A stretch of 64,000 bases of DNA from contig CAJINV010000003.1 of assembly GCA_905178155.1 (NCBI GenBank), positions 11,229,737 to 11,293,736 on the forward strand, in the 5' to 3' direction. Below the pieces are notes generated by a model. That model did not search any database. It had not been told where the DNA came from and saw only the letters and a list, made by a program, of their open reading frames with translations. Positions 8,886 through 22,100 of the stretch are shown here, piece by piece. This stretch comes from Amoebophrya sp. A120. Its lineage: Eukaryota; Protista; Dinoflagellata. Both the position numbers and the translations under genes were made by a program. Within the stretch, counting starts at the first letter, position 1, and each line of letters begins with the position of its first letter.

Positions 8886-11800
8886 ATGTTTCTATTGCTC
8901 CCCAAAACTGCAGCAACGGCACCCCACCGTCGGGGATTCGGGTCGCCATCCTCCGCTCCTGGTGGGCGAATGTCCCGGACGGACCGTGTGGCGCTGAACA
9001 ATCGGGCAGAGTTTGGTATGTTGCACCAGCCCCGCACCGCTGAGGAGAAGAAACAGCATCTTGAAGCTCTCGGCTCCGTGCCATTCGACATGCAGGACGC
9101 CTATCAGGAATGGCGCAGCGAGCAGCTCCCGACGAAGCAGAAGGGAAAGACAAAAAACCCTTTTCTGCGCATTCGCGACCGGTACACCTCCGAAAACCAC
9201 GCGCTGCAGTTGATGCTGCGTGCTTGTGTGGAGATTAATCTGGCCAGGAATAAGAACTCGGCACCAGCACCGGGTGGAGGTACGGGCACCAGCTCCAGCG
9301 CGAGCGCGTCTATTCTGTCGTCTAGTAGTGAAGCAAAGGATAATATTGTTGTTTCTGTTGAAGGAGACGAAGCCATGACTCGTAGCCCACTGAAATCGAG
9401 GCGCAGATCCCCGTGTGCATCTAGCTCCACGTCATCTTTATTTTCCGCATCCGCTTCATCTGTGACTATAGATGACTCAGGGAACAAGAACTGTAGCGTC
9501 ACCCGAGGAGTCTCAGGAAACACAGATTTACCCGGTGGCTCAACAGCTTTATTGTCGGCGTCTCCCGGCAGAAGTCGCGACGAAACCGATCGAGAAAACT
9601 TGACGCCTTCGTGTCTCGGCGATCTCTTGCGAGACGTGGAAGAATATGCACCGCAAATAGGTCTGATTGCTGGTGTGCAAAATAAAAATTGATTGGGGTC
9701 GCACGAATATTTGTAAAAGTACGTGCTCGGCTCTCGTACCCTCGGTCTCGAAGTTCGCCACGCATGTAGTGGTGGAACAACGCGGACGCTTGATCATGTC
9801 TCGCGGAGAAAATAAGCGCGACCTTTCTTGTATTTTGTAATTGCAACACGCATGTTTATACTGCATATACAAGCGCTTTTTGCCAAGCGGCTTGAAGCCC
9901 GTCTTTTTTGTCTGCCTGCTGGAGTATTTTTTCATTTTCTGTTTATTGAAAAGAAAGCCCGTTCAGAGCCAGACATATTTGCAGTCGTGGATATCAAAGC
10001 AGGATCAGAAACGCACGACGCAGCGGCACGTTTTCGCGACCGCAAGCTGTGGCACGACCTCATCGTTGCAGCCCGGCAACAGGCCACCTCCAGTCTCGAG
10101 TGCGCAATGGCGCTAAAAGCATTGATAAAGTCGGGATGTTTTTCCCCTCCAGACTCAGCAGCGGAGACCCTGCTCTCAGAGCGTGAGGCTTTCGCAGTCG
10201 AAGACCTTTTGTGGAAAGCCGTCTACGAGCTTGCCGGCGGGTCGGCCGGGACCAGCTGCTTCGCGCAGAAGCGCGTGCTGTTTCGACGCATTCGCAGGGA
10301 GAACGGGACCGACCGGCTTCGGTCGCCACACTCGCTCGTATATTGCTTCCACGCGTTCGCGTACTTCCAGAGACACTTACTCGCCGTCCCCATCCTCGGC
10401 CCGGCAAGCGACGGAAACGCTTGTGAAGATTCGGGTAGAGGAACCGCGGATGGCGCTGTGCGTCCGCCAAGACTCCCTCTGCCATCGAATGCTGAGGCAG
10501 ACCAGAAAGAAACAACAGCAGCGCCGCGCACTTCGCGGCAAAATGTTCGCGGAACAATAAAAACCCGTGGGCCATCAAGTGCAAGTGGAGTGCCGATCTT
10601 GTTGAAGCTCTGTCAGGTCGCCCGCAAGGAGGTCACGCGGCACTCCTTTGTGGCGGAACATCTGAAACTGTCGCTAGAGCTCGCACACCACTTGTCGAGC
10701 ATACTAACCTTCGCTGGTGACCAGAAGTTTTTGTCCTCCGCGCCGTTCGATTCTGGCCCGGAACAACAAGCGACGTGTTCAATTCCTCTTCCGCAGCTTC
10801 GGGACCTACTTCGTAACGTATTCGACCACATCCAGCAGCACGTGGCTGAATGTCGCAGAAACAACTTCGAAGGCCTCTGTGGCTTGAAAGCTAGCGAGAT
10901 CTTCTTTGTCGTCAACGCATACGGGAGAACGCATAAGCTGTTCCTCCCGGCGGATGGTGCCCAACTACAGCAACAGGCCTCACTCCGCACGGCTAGCAGA
11001 CCCGATTTTGGACGAGGACGCAGGAGAAACTTCCCTCACCAGCAGAGAGCCAGTCCACATCTTGCGCAGAACAAAAGTACGCCCGCAGTTCTTTTCGAAC
11101 GAGAGCGGGACTCCAGGGCTTACCTCGATATCAGCTTTAAAGGTTTCGGCGTCTGGTGGGGGTTGTCGTGCTAGTTTGTCACGTCTGTGTATCATGTTGG
11201 TAGCGTAGCGTAGGAGGATCATGAAGAGCCACGCATCTTCGGGAGTTTTCCAGCAGTGGCTCTGTGTTGAACAAACAAAAAACAATTTTCTACGTACAGT
11301 GCATGAGAAACCGAAGTCGCTTCTTCATTTCGTGTGGCTCTGACCCGAGATAATTTGCTGCGCAGTTATATCAACTTAAAGCCGCAGTGAGCGTCAGGGT
11401 CAGATATGCATGACCATACAACCTGAGTCTCTGTTGCCGCGGCGTTACTGTTCTCTGGCAGCATACAACAGAACAAGACTCCAACACAGACCCTCTTGCA
11501 GATAAGCATGATAAAGTAAGAGTCATTTCAGAAGTGTCAGCCGCGCATTTCTGACCTAGACCTAGATAGATTGATAAAATCGCTGTAACAAAATTCCCCA
11601 CGACCCGCAGCACGTACAATTTTGCAATGAATAGCTGAGGGACTTCTGCAGTTTGCTCCGCTCGTGCACAAGGAGCTTGCGCAATTCACTCCCAACCAAT
11701 TAGCGGGCATCTTGAACGCGTTCGGGCACACTTCCACTTTTTTGAAGGTCAGCGAGATTCTTGACGGCGATCGAGATCATCGCGCACCCCCGGCGCATCG

Positions 11801-13652
11801 TCCTGCAACTCAGGTCGCCACCTGTCCGAGTTGGAATCAGCAGCGGACGGAGCGGAGATTCGCGCGCGCGCTGGTGTCCCTCTTTGCAGAAGTAGGTTCG
11901 CACCTGTGCGGCCTTCTGGCGGAGGACCCGCGAACGGAGGACCACTCGACGTCGTCCCGGAGAGCCGCGACACCTCCTTCTAGTGCGAGGAGCCACGATC
12001 TCCTGCCCAACAAGCTGTCGCTGCGCAATGTCTCCGTGGTCTGCAATGCCTTTGCGCAAGTGGGTATCCAGCACGAGCGGTGGTTTGAGCTCATCAGTCA
12101 GGAAGGCGCGGCCATCATCGCCGAGGACAGCACGCGCTGGAGCGCGGGAGGACGACGAGGTGGTCAGTCCGAAGAACACCGCAAGGACCTGGAAGAGTGG
12201 CAGCGGCAACTGACGATGATTGTGCACGCATACGGAAAGTTGAAGCTTTCCCGGCAGCCCAAGCACCTGCCGTTCCTTCTCTTTTTGTGGGACCGTATCA
12301 AATTGTCGCTGAAGCAGGTCGCATCGGCTCAGTCGATCGCACTCCTGCTGCATTCTTTCACCAAAATGAGGCTTGAAGAGGACCAAGACAGCAGCACGTG
12401 CAGTGGTATGCTGCCTTGCTTTGCGGACAGAATGCTCGCACTTGTCAGTACTAGCGCGGCGCTGCGACGAAGTTCATCTTGCTCACGCACGAAAACAAGG
12501 AACACAATTAGCACACTTACGATCACAAGCTTCGCATACGCACTGCACAAGAACGGCCTGGCGTCGTCCCATGAAATCTGGGATGCACTGGCCGCGTACG
12601 TGGCCCTGCTCCCGGATGACGCTCATTTTTTTTTCGAGGAGGAACAGGAAAAGCACGAACTTCGTTTCCGTGGGCAGTCTGCCCCAGAACCCTTCGAAAG
12701 CGTGGCTGTGCTGTCCAGAAATGCAAAAAGTGACATGGGAGGAGACATAAACAAAACGAGGCGCATCCAAAGGGAAATAGATGGGGCAGTTGTTCTTGCA
12801 CAGCGCCACGGCTTGGTCCAGGAGAGAAACACAGGAACAGCAGAGCTACGTAGAAGTACCTCAACCTCTCACGAGAAGCCCCACGAAGATGTAGATCTGT
12901 TCCGTCTATGCTCTGCAAAAGCTATCGCACTCGTAACAAAATTGCAGTCATGAAGATGCGCGAGCGCCGCGACAAATGTCTTCTTCAAATCCGAGCTCAA
13001 GTAACTCATGTATCACGTTCGCAACGCCTAGCCCTAGTGGTAGTACTTTTGATGATCTTCCCAAAATGAAAATTTGTGCTTGTCATGTGAACTCTACTAG
13101 TGCGGCAATGCGATGCAATACTTTTGCAATGCATGCCATCACTTGACCCCCGGGGAATTGGCGAACCTCTGCGCCGCACTGGGAGGCAAACGTGGAGCGT
13201 CGGTGACAAGGTTTTTCCATCGTGTGGTGGAGACGGTGGAGGGCAGGAAAGATGGTCTCGATTGTGTCATTCATCGAATGAATTTTCTCGAACTCTGCAA
13301 ACTGCTTGATGCGCTAGCAACGCACGCGGAAGAAACCAGAGCCCGGCAGCAGGAGGAGGACCAGCACGCACAAGCGGATCCTAAGAGGTGCCGCTCCACC
13401 TCCTCCCATCAATCCTTCTGTCTTTCCGTCTGTGCCTCCCAGAACCTAGTAGCAATCCTCCAGGCCGCCGTGGTAAATCTGGCTGCACCAGCGACGCCGT
13501 TCCCGGCCATTCCCTACCGAAACTTGCTCAAAAGTTTGGAGCAGTTGCACCTCACCACTCTGTCAGAAGACTTTATGCAAGCTGTCGCGGAAAGAATAAG
13601 CGCAGCCAAGAAGCACGAGAAAATGAAAACCACTGCTGTGCCAGCGCCCTGA
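8886..13652 (+). CDS. Helical-repeat (HPR/OPR/FASTK-like) putative organellar RNA-binding protein; exons ~8886-9644, 9999-11128, 11639-12906, 13141-13652
   Basis: Repeated motifs LKASEIFFVVNAYGR, FTPNQLAGILNAFG, LSLRNVSVVCNAFAQV, RQLTMIVHAYGKL, SAQSIALLLHSFTKM, LTPGELANLCAALG. Four same-frame ORFs join after introner removal. Confidence 0.75.
9645..9993. mobile_element. Introner, family A (TIR TATGnnnTGCAAATATGTCTGGGTCTGGAA)
   Basis: Ends tatgcaccgcaaataggtctg / cagacatatttgcagtcgtggata; flanks aagaa/tcaaa; 354-nt removal is in frame (DVEE|AGSE). Confidence 0.8.
11129..11633. mobile_element. Composite/nested introner, family A
   Basis: Degenerate TIRs with an internal TIR pair at ~11393-11561; flanks ctcga/gctga; 510-nt removal gives AYLE|GLLQF. 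Confidence 0.6.
12907..13135. mobile_element. Introner, family A
   Basis: tatgctctgcaaaa / ttttgcaatgcatg; flanks ccgtc/ccatc; 234-nt removal gives DLFRHLTPGELANL. Confidence 0.85.
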
Positions 13653-14440
13653 GCAGCTCGCCTGTGCGCTCTTCTTTTGAGATAAGTTAGTTCAAGTAGT
13701 ATTCCTCCAGATTACGTTTGCCACCTCGGTTGAGCTACAAGCTGCACAAGTGAAACCTGCGCAATTGATGAGTACTGAAAAAAGAAACCATATCCATGAT
13801 TCATGCAGGATTTGCGAGTATTCAAAATCAAATATTACTTTATTGTGGAAGATAAAAGGCTGAGCCTTAAAGGCTCGAGACCACTACAGTCCGTTCGTAG
13901 TGAACCTGCCAATCGTAGGCAATTGATTCGGTCTTCTTGAGAGAAGAAGAAATGGCTCGTAATTTTTCTAGGAGATGTGTCTTTTCGGGAAAACCCGTGC
14001 AAAGGTTTGGTTTTGTTCGAAGGAGATATTTTGCGTATGGTCCTCTCCGCGTCTGTGGTGTTCGTTGAGAAGAGGACGCGCTTGTACTACATGAGGGCGA
14101 TTTATTGTCAGTGTCGGTGCAATCACGACCAAGTTGTTCTTGTTTCTGCATCTTCTTTCATTTTGCGCGCCCTGCAAGAGGGACGAAAAGAAGTCTGATG
14201 TAGGCATTTTCTTTTGATCTCGAACATCAAACCCACGAGGACAAAGCTGCGAGTGTTGATATCATCACGCGAGTGCGAATCAATGTACTTTATGGACCGA
14301 AGATAATCATGCGTATCTAGTTCATGAAAACAAAATCAACGCAAGACGAAAGGAAAAGGCAGCGCCGAGGTCGATGGACGTCGAGCAGGATGCACTTTTG
14401 CAACTTTAAGTGAAAACGGCCTCGCCTGGTTCGTTTTTCA

Positions 14441-17075
14441 ATGTCTCGGTCGAGCCACATTTTGCTGCGGTTCGTGGAGATCCTCAGCATCATCCTCACT
14501 GAGATTGATATTGAGACCCAGACTATCCTGAGTGGTCATGGTTCCTTCGATTTTCACAGGCTTTTTGTGAAGGGAATCCAGGTTTGCGATGCGAACTGCG
14601 CACGGTGTCGTGTCTTTGCCCACCAAGTCAGTGGCTGCAATCCCGACCGCAAGGTGCCTTGCCAGACTGGATGGCACTGCATGGAGTGCCGCCCGGGATA
14701 CGAGCTGTGGTTCGACCGGTGTTTTCAGCCCTGCCCCGCCGGTTATTTTCGCTACGGTTACCAGTGCCAGCGCTGCTCCCTGAACTGTCTTGAATGTACC
14801 GGACCGCACCCGCACGAGTGCATCCGTTGTGCTCCAACGCACATTTTCGACGATCGTAAACTCTGCACGAAGCGGTGCCCCGACGGGTTTTATCCGGCGC
14901 TCGACGATGGGAAGACGGGCGCGACTGTAATCTACCCAGATCTTGGTGATGGTCGACGAGAAACAGTGGACTACATGGGCTGCGGCACGTGTCATCACAC
15001 CTGCAAAACTTGTCGCAGCTGGACAGCAATCGCTTGCACTTCGTGCGACGCCGAGAGCTACTTTCGTCCTATCTTCTTTGCTGCAAACGCAGGCATCACC
15101 GAAAGACAGCCGCCAGGAACGGGCGAATGCGTAAAAACGCCAAATCTTAGGTATTTTCAATCCTGTTGCGCTTCCTAGATTCTGATCGTTAAGATGCTCT
15201 GTCGTGGAATACTTCTAGATGTTTACGCCAAATAGATCTGTATACTGCTACGCTTCTAGGCCAAAGCTAAAGCAGAGTAGCGTACTCGCGAGACAGCGTG
15301 CTCGCGTAGGGCTACTATGCAGACGAGTACAACGAAGCAGCGTACTCGCGAATCGCGTCGCACGCGCAGATTGCATAATTTCTTCATTCGCATACGCATT
15401 CCAAGAAGCAACAAGCTGCTAGAACTAGAAAGAAAGGCTTCGTGGATATCAAGTCATCTTCTGTATTCACTATATTAAGTCTCTCCATGATATTAAAAAC
15501 TTGCAAGGTTCTATCGCCGCAAGCCCGAGGATACGCGTCAATACGAGTGTCCAGAGGGAACGTTGGAGTGCGAATCTTCGTGGAGGGCATTTCGGTGCGA
15601 TCCCAGCACTCACTTCCCCCCTATCATTCAAGCCGATCAGGTTCCGTAGAAAATGCAAATATGTCCGGGTCTGCAAAAGTGCAACGCTTGGCATGCGTAT
15701 TTTACGTGACCCATGATGTGTAGTGTGTGTCCCAGCACCAAAGATGTTTTGCCTGCTCTTTCCTTTTGATGCCTATCCGGCATAGCAAAAAAACTAAATA
15801 TTCTCTCTACGTAGCAAAAACTGGACTCCTTTGACCGTTCACGGAACACAGATTTTTTCAGAGTCCAAAAGTGACATCACTCACAAGTTGTACCCTTCCA
15901 GGCCCAGACATGATGTTTGCACACGCATACTGCGAAGTGCCATGCCATTCAGCAGCTGGATCAGAGCTCCATCACCGCCGAAACCTACCTGGGCGACGCA
16001 GTGAACAACCCAGGCGCACCGTCGTGGTCGAGTGTGAGTGACGTCGCGTTGGAGGGTCTCGGCGTCATGACCGCGGCCGCTGCTGCGTCGTCATCGACGG
16101 TTTTACGGCAATTAGTCACGAAGTGGCTCCGCCGCCAGTTACACGAGCGAGACGTCAAGCGACAAACAACGACGCCTGCGCCGCTATGGGTGTGTCAGGA
16201 TTGAAATCGTCAAAGTTGAAATAGTTTGTCATGCATAAAATGGATACCAATTAGCCTTACAGTTTGTAGTCGGTGCATGACAAATTTTCCCGGTCCTGGA
16301 AGCGAGTCTGTCATGCGGTTTAGGGCAAAAGAGCTGCCTTCTGTCATGCTAGTTAGCAGTCCAACTTTTGACCCTTACCAGGACTATGATCTGCGTCCCG
16401 TTGGTCCTCTGCAATAGAGTCACTTTTTGATTTTGTGTCGCATTTTATGCATTACAAATTATTTCAACTTTGACGATTTCAAACCTGACGCTTCCATAGC
16501 CGCCCCGTGCAGTTTACTCCGGCGAAGGACCCACTTCTACTTCTGGTGACGATATTTCCTTGTCTGCAGTCCAGCACCGAAGTCAGCCGGCCACAACAAC
16601 GCCCGCGCCGCACCTAGGAGAGGCAGGTGAAACACCGCGTCTGCGTCGACGCGGCGGCGCCTCTAGCGGCCTTCCAAACCCACCCAGACCCACCGAGCGG
16701 ATTGCGGAAAGTAGGGAGGACCTTCTTCACGACGAGAACGAAGTAGACGAAAATGGAAATGACTCGGAAGAAGGGTCTTCATCACCACCGGAGGACGAGC
16801 CGGGCCTTGCTAGTAGAGGCGGTAGCGCAACAAGACCATCTTCTCCGGTGCCAGGGGAACAAGTCGCTGAAACTGCAACGGACCACACGACCACCGCTGG
16901 CGGGGGTGCTGTGGTGGCAGGTAATAAACCCAGTATGGGAATGCACAACTACTGCCCCTCAACCTCATCTGGATTGCAAAAATGCCAAATCCTGTCTGAG
17001 CCTTATGGCTGTGCTTGCATAACAAGTTCTGGAAGCCGCCCTCCAAACTGCACTAATATACTCCGTCGTGCGTAG
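14441..17075 (+). CDS. Furin-like (FU) Cys-rich repeat protein, probably surface or secreted; 5' end undefined; exons ..15150, 15508-15646, 15935-16184, 16504-17075
   Basis: CPAGYF...CQRCSLNCLECTGPHPHECIRC and CPDGFY..CGTCHHTCKTC..ACTSC. Canonical GT-AG intron 15151-15507 plus two introners restore the frame. Confidence 0.8.
15647..15929. mobile_element. Introner, family A
   Basis: tagaaaatgcaaatatgtccgggtctg / caggcccagacatgatgtttgcacacgcata; flanks ttccg/ctgcg; 288-nt removal deletes an in-frame TAG (DQVP|KCHA). Confidence 0.85.
16185..16498. mobile_element. Introner, family B (~58-bp TIR TATGGnnGnGTCAGGnTTGAAATCG..TGCATAAAATG)
   Basis: Near-perfect long TIR; perfect 5-bp duplication GCCGC; 319-nt removal is in frame. 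Confidence 0.95.
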
Positions 17076-17155
17076 ATTCGTGATGCAAACAAAGACTGTA
17101 TTCTTGAGGTTGTTTCTGTTGCTAGAGATGCACTCGAAATGAGGGGGAGGGGGAA

Positions 17156-17889
17156 TTGAGTACTCTCATACCCAGAGGTGGCCCACCACGACCAGGAACT
17201 ACAATGCCCGCTGAGGAAGAAGAACATGGACAAGAAGAAGACCAGAGGGCACACGGCGGCCAAGAGGAAGAATCGGACGCACTGCCAGAGGAGGTGAGTA
17301 ACTGGATAAATCTGCACACGTACGTGTCGCCAGGCAGTATTCTTGAGAAGGCCATCCTGAGCGGCGAGGCGGGCAAAAATCTATCCACCCTCTTTGGCGA
17401 GCTGAACCGGACACAGGCGGAACAGGTTTTGTACCAAGCCGGGAAGCGGCGACTGCAGAAGGTAAAAGAACTGCAGCAGAAAGTGCAGAAAAACACAGAC
17501 GCGAAAAAGCAGCACCGAGAACGAAAAGCGTACGATGGCAATGTGGAGCGAGTGATGGGCGCCGCGTCGCACCGGGAGCACCAGCGCCTTCCTCGAAAAC
17601 GAAATCGCTATAAAGGAAAGCGCACAAGGGCCGAGGTGCTGCAGGCTGAAGCTCAAGAAGCAGCCGCGATGGCAAAGCAAGCGAGAGATCAGCAGGGATA
17701 GAGCAGCACAAATTCGCCGAGTTAAGAGAGATCTTCACAGAAGAACAGCCAAAGAAGATAACTGTGGCTGATGTACTACGTGTTGCCAGATATATAGCTC
17801 GATGAAAAAGCGGGCGTGTTGCAAAACTTAAGGACCGTGCAAGAAGCCTAGCACTGCTTAAAACGCAAATCATAAGGGAAAAACCATGA
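17156..17889 (+). pseudogene. Charged coiled-coil ORF, apparently frameshifted near 17698 with a further in-frame TGA; function unknown
   Basis: The 181-aa ORF is followed in a shifted frame by IEQHKFAELREIFTEEQPKKITVADVLRVARYIAR*KSGRVAKLKDRARSLALLK. Confidence 0.4.
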
Positions 17890-19139
17890 CGCGACAGCAC
17901 CTATGCATCTTTATTCTAGTACTCAACACGGCAGCGACACCGCGGCCAGCCATTCGCTAGGTATGACATGTTCTGATGCTTGTGTTCTACTTGGTGCTAG
18001 TGCACATGGTCGGTTCCTCAAGGTCGATCCTAGTGCTTTTTTGTTGCATGAAAGCGCTGTGTGTTCTGAAAGCCGCAGAGAATGTTAGCAAGAAGAAATC
18101 ATGGAAATGCCTCCTATCAGTCCTAGCTGGTCCGAGCGATCTATCAGAAATGTAACGACTACAGCGCTGACACATTGCTACCTCGTTGTTCGCGATGAAC
18201 AAGCAGTCCACGCTTCTTTGCAGTGCCGATACATCAAAAACCTAGCTGGAGTGAGTTTTCGTTCCACGCATTGGTGCACGTCGTGAACCAACAACAGTAG
18301 TACAACTGAGGGATTCATCATGTTCTTTAGCATTTCCGCAGAATTTCAATTTTTTTGACACAATAAAGAGGGTAATTTGAATAAACCATCTAGAAGTTGT
18401 AAGTCAAGTATAAACATAGTGGCCTTCATCAACAGACGTAGTTTCGCTACGGTATTTGTTACGAGGACTGTGACGCTTTACCTTTTCCATCCTCATCGCC
18501 CGAGCATGAAATGGCATGGGACAGCATTGCAGAACGAGAAGCGAAAGATTTGCTTTCTGACTCAGAATGGGAATGGCGCACTGAATGTCACCAGCAGCAT
18601 AGTCAATCTCATCCGAAGATGAAGATGGCCGCAAAGCAGAAATGCCACTCGATTGCCATTGCCTGAGGAGGTGAAGCTGACAAATAACGAAACCGGTTTA
18701 AGACGAGGTGGCACGACAAGGGCGACAATCTTCTGACTTTCCAAGAAAAGTCCCAGCTGGTTCGTGTTGCAACTTCCGGTCAAGAACATCCACTGTATAA
18801 TTACCTTGTTCCGCAATAGTAGTGTTTGCGATTGCGTTTGCGATACCGAACCCGACCTCAAAAGGTGGCAACTATTAAGGCCGCGAGACTACCGCAGCGC
18901 GTGCGTGTTTATCTGTGCTCCGAGCTGCACGGGGGCAACTACAGCAACGAAACACAACATCGCACTGTGCGGAGCTCCAGTAGCAGAAAGAAAGTCTCTC
19001 TGTCGTCCATCTTTCAAGTAAATTTGTGGCGGCAAGAAACACACAAGAGACGAGACCCGATACAAGACCACCGGAAATAAAACGGAGCCACAGCCGATCT
19101 GTCACGCCCGTGTCCTCGAATCGGAGCAACACACAGAAA

Positions 19140-22100
19140 ATGTCCTCCTGGCTGAACTCGTTACTTTTCCGAAAGGTCTTATGGCAATGTCAGGGGTGAA
19201 GGTCTTATGGCAATGTCAAGGGTGAACTTTGAAATGTTAATATTTGCGAAGTGCTATAATTGCATGCTAGACAGTGTGTTTGTCCATGTCATGCCCAATC
19301 GCAAGGAGTCGTGCCGTCAGTGTTTAATAGTACCTGACGGGCGGGTGGAGCGGCTAGATGGACGCGTGACAGGTGCAGTGGTCCTTTTGTGCCTTGTATC
19401 CTCACGCTGCAATGCGGCGTCAAGAACAGGCCTACTGGGTGGTTTTTTCACGCACACGCGTTGCGGCAAGTTGGACACAACTGCAGGTCTCTCAGACGAC
19501 CGGTCGTCTTGAATTTATGCCAGTCAGCACCACTGTAGGACGACTTTCCACCTGGCGTTTCCATAGCTGTACACTTTTCCGAATGCCCAGGAAGTTGAAG
19601 AGGTTAGGGACCTCGCCGAAGTATCAAGATGTAAACTGCCCGTGCCCCGGATTTCTTGCAAAGTGTTTCTCGCAATGCAGCTGCAAGGTGCTTCGTTCTG
19701 CAATGGCAGTCGTGGGCCTTGGTTTGCATTCTTGTATCGATGCCTCACCGTAAGCCCGAAGAGTTGACTGAGCGCCACACACAGCCGCAAAATGAATACT
19801 TCGTATTTGGTTGATCTCGCGCCACGGTGCAGACGGCACAACGAACGGCACGTAGTACATCAATTCCAGATACATATTTATCAGTTAATATGACTAGTAA
19901 AAAATAAGTAGAAGATTAGAAACGTCGCTCCTTCTTCGTGATGAAGATGAACTGTAGCAGCACATTGCCCGCTTGACATCGGCGATCAGTGGCTAGAATT
20001 GCTGGCTGTAGCTCTGTGCTATCTTGGTCTCCTTTGGCAGTAAGGCTGCAAGAGTAAAGACTTTGCATTTTTGGGGGCAGAGCAGTGCCTTTCACTTCGA
20101 GACGTGGGCGGCTTTGCCTTTGTGTCCCTGTGCAGGGATCCCAAAACAGGGGATCAATACGCTTTGAAAAAGATGATCTGCCAAGACAAAAAGAAACTTG
20201 ACCTAGCAAACAAGGAGGTACTTCTTGAATCTAAAATTTATTTGCAGTAGGTACTAGAGAAGAGAAATTATGAAGTTAGCGGTTTGATGATGATCGTGGA
20301 CCCTAGTTCTTTTTTCTGGTTCTGGGCTTCCTGCTATGCTGCGACTTGTTGGAAGTGCAATGCATTTCGTGTTGTAGTGGCGTGGTGTCTTCTATTTCAT
20401 GTACCGGCACACGCGCTCCCGTCCCTCTCGAGCTCGCCGCCGCAGCCACATAAGTACTAAATACCTAGCGAGGTCAAAAATGACAAAACCATATCGAACG
20501 CAAAAAGCAAAAACTTCATCTCGAACATTTATCAACCATAAAGTGGTGCTATATAATCATTATTCTTTACCAGGTGGCCATCCTGGCTGCCCTACCGGAG
20601 CATAAGAACATCGTGCGCTTCTACCAGTCGGCTCTGATCGAGCTCGCAGCGAGCGGTGGAGGTCCAGTGAAAAAGGAGATTGTGATGCTTCTGGAGTTGT
20701 GCGACGGAGGCACGTTGCTCGATTGGATCCTTAAGCGGGGCCCACAAAAACGCGTCGAAGCCGACATTTTGAAGCCATTGCAGGACGTTTCCGAAGCTGT
20801 TTTCTTGCTCCATTCGCATAAACCTCCCGTAGTACACCAGGATCTGAAGGTTGAGAACATACTACTCGGCAGCGACGGCAACTGGAAGCTATGTGACTTT
20901 GGCTCCTGGACCAGTGAGCGCATCGACCTCACGAACGCGACGCGACAAGAAATCATGCGCAGGCAGGATCACTATGAAGAGCACGTAGCTGCCTCTTGTT
21001 TCTGTTTTTCTTTTTGATGTTTATTACATTTGCTGCAGCATTCGTTTCAAATTCAATGATATGAACAAGTGCACTATTTCGCTCTGGTGTCGGGTATCGC
21101 ACTTCACGCACCGCGATGCAGTTCGATTTTAACGCCAATTTTCACGTACTTCTTGCACCCGCAGGTAACGATGATGTACCGACCTCCAGAAATGGCTGAC
21201 TTGTACCAGAAACACATACTACACCTTCCAATTGACCAATGGCAAGTCGGATGCATCTTGTACACTCTGATGTTTTACAAGCAACCCTTCCAGGATTGCA
21301 CGGCACCGCTCGCCATCGCGCACGCAGGGTAAGCATTTTTCGTATCATTCAAATATGAGTATAAAGCAAATTTAAATTCTTGTCTTTATACTGTTAGTGT
21401 TACGGACGCACTATAGGTCGCGGTCGGCGGTGGCCTCTTTGCATGTGCCTCGATCGACAAGGGCAGAGGCAGAGCTCCGCCTGACAGTAGCGCTCAGATC
21501 ACTGCTACGCCTACTCACTACCATTTTACTTTATAGAAAGTATATTTTTCTAATTGTTACAGTGTATCTGCAGCAACTGTGGCTTTCAAGTCCTAAGTGT
21601 AAGATACGCGTCGCAATAAAAAATGAAGAAGCGCCAGCTATAAATTTAAATGAGTGCTGTGTGACAGATGACACAGGACGAGGACGCAGTGGTTGTTTGT
21701 GCTCACATGACGAACATCTGGACAGCAAGAAGTGGAGCCCCAAAATTGAAAGCAAAGAAAAAAAACAATCTTTACTTTTACAAAAAAAGTGCCCTCGTTC
21801 TCATGATGGGGCCACGTGTAGTTTTGTAGTAGTACTTCCATAGGCCGCTACCCGGACGCCGTCTGGCCCCAGATCGTATTGCATAGCTTTCAAAGGAGAA
21901 AACGAGCCCGAGTTGTGTAAGAAAGCCGCCCGGGCTATCATTGCGAGGGTAACTTCTCAATACGAGCAAGTGCCAGGCTTCATGAGTTCTGCAGGCCGGC
22001 CGCAGTCTGCGCATGCACAGTGCGCAGGCCGTGCCGGTGTTGCGCAGATACGCCGACGGGTAGACGCCCACGCGTCTGCGCGGCCCGTTGGGTTCCCGGC

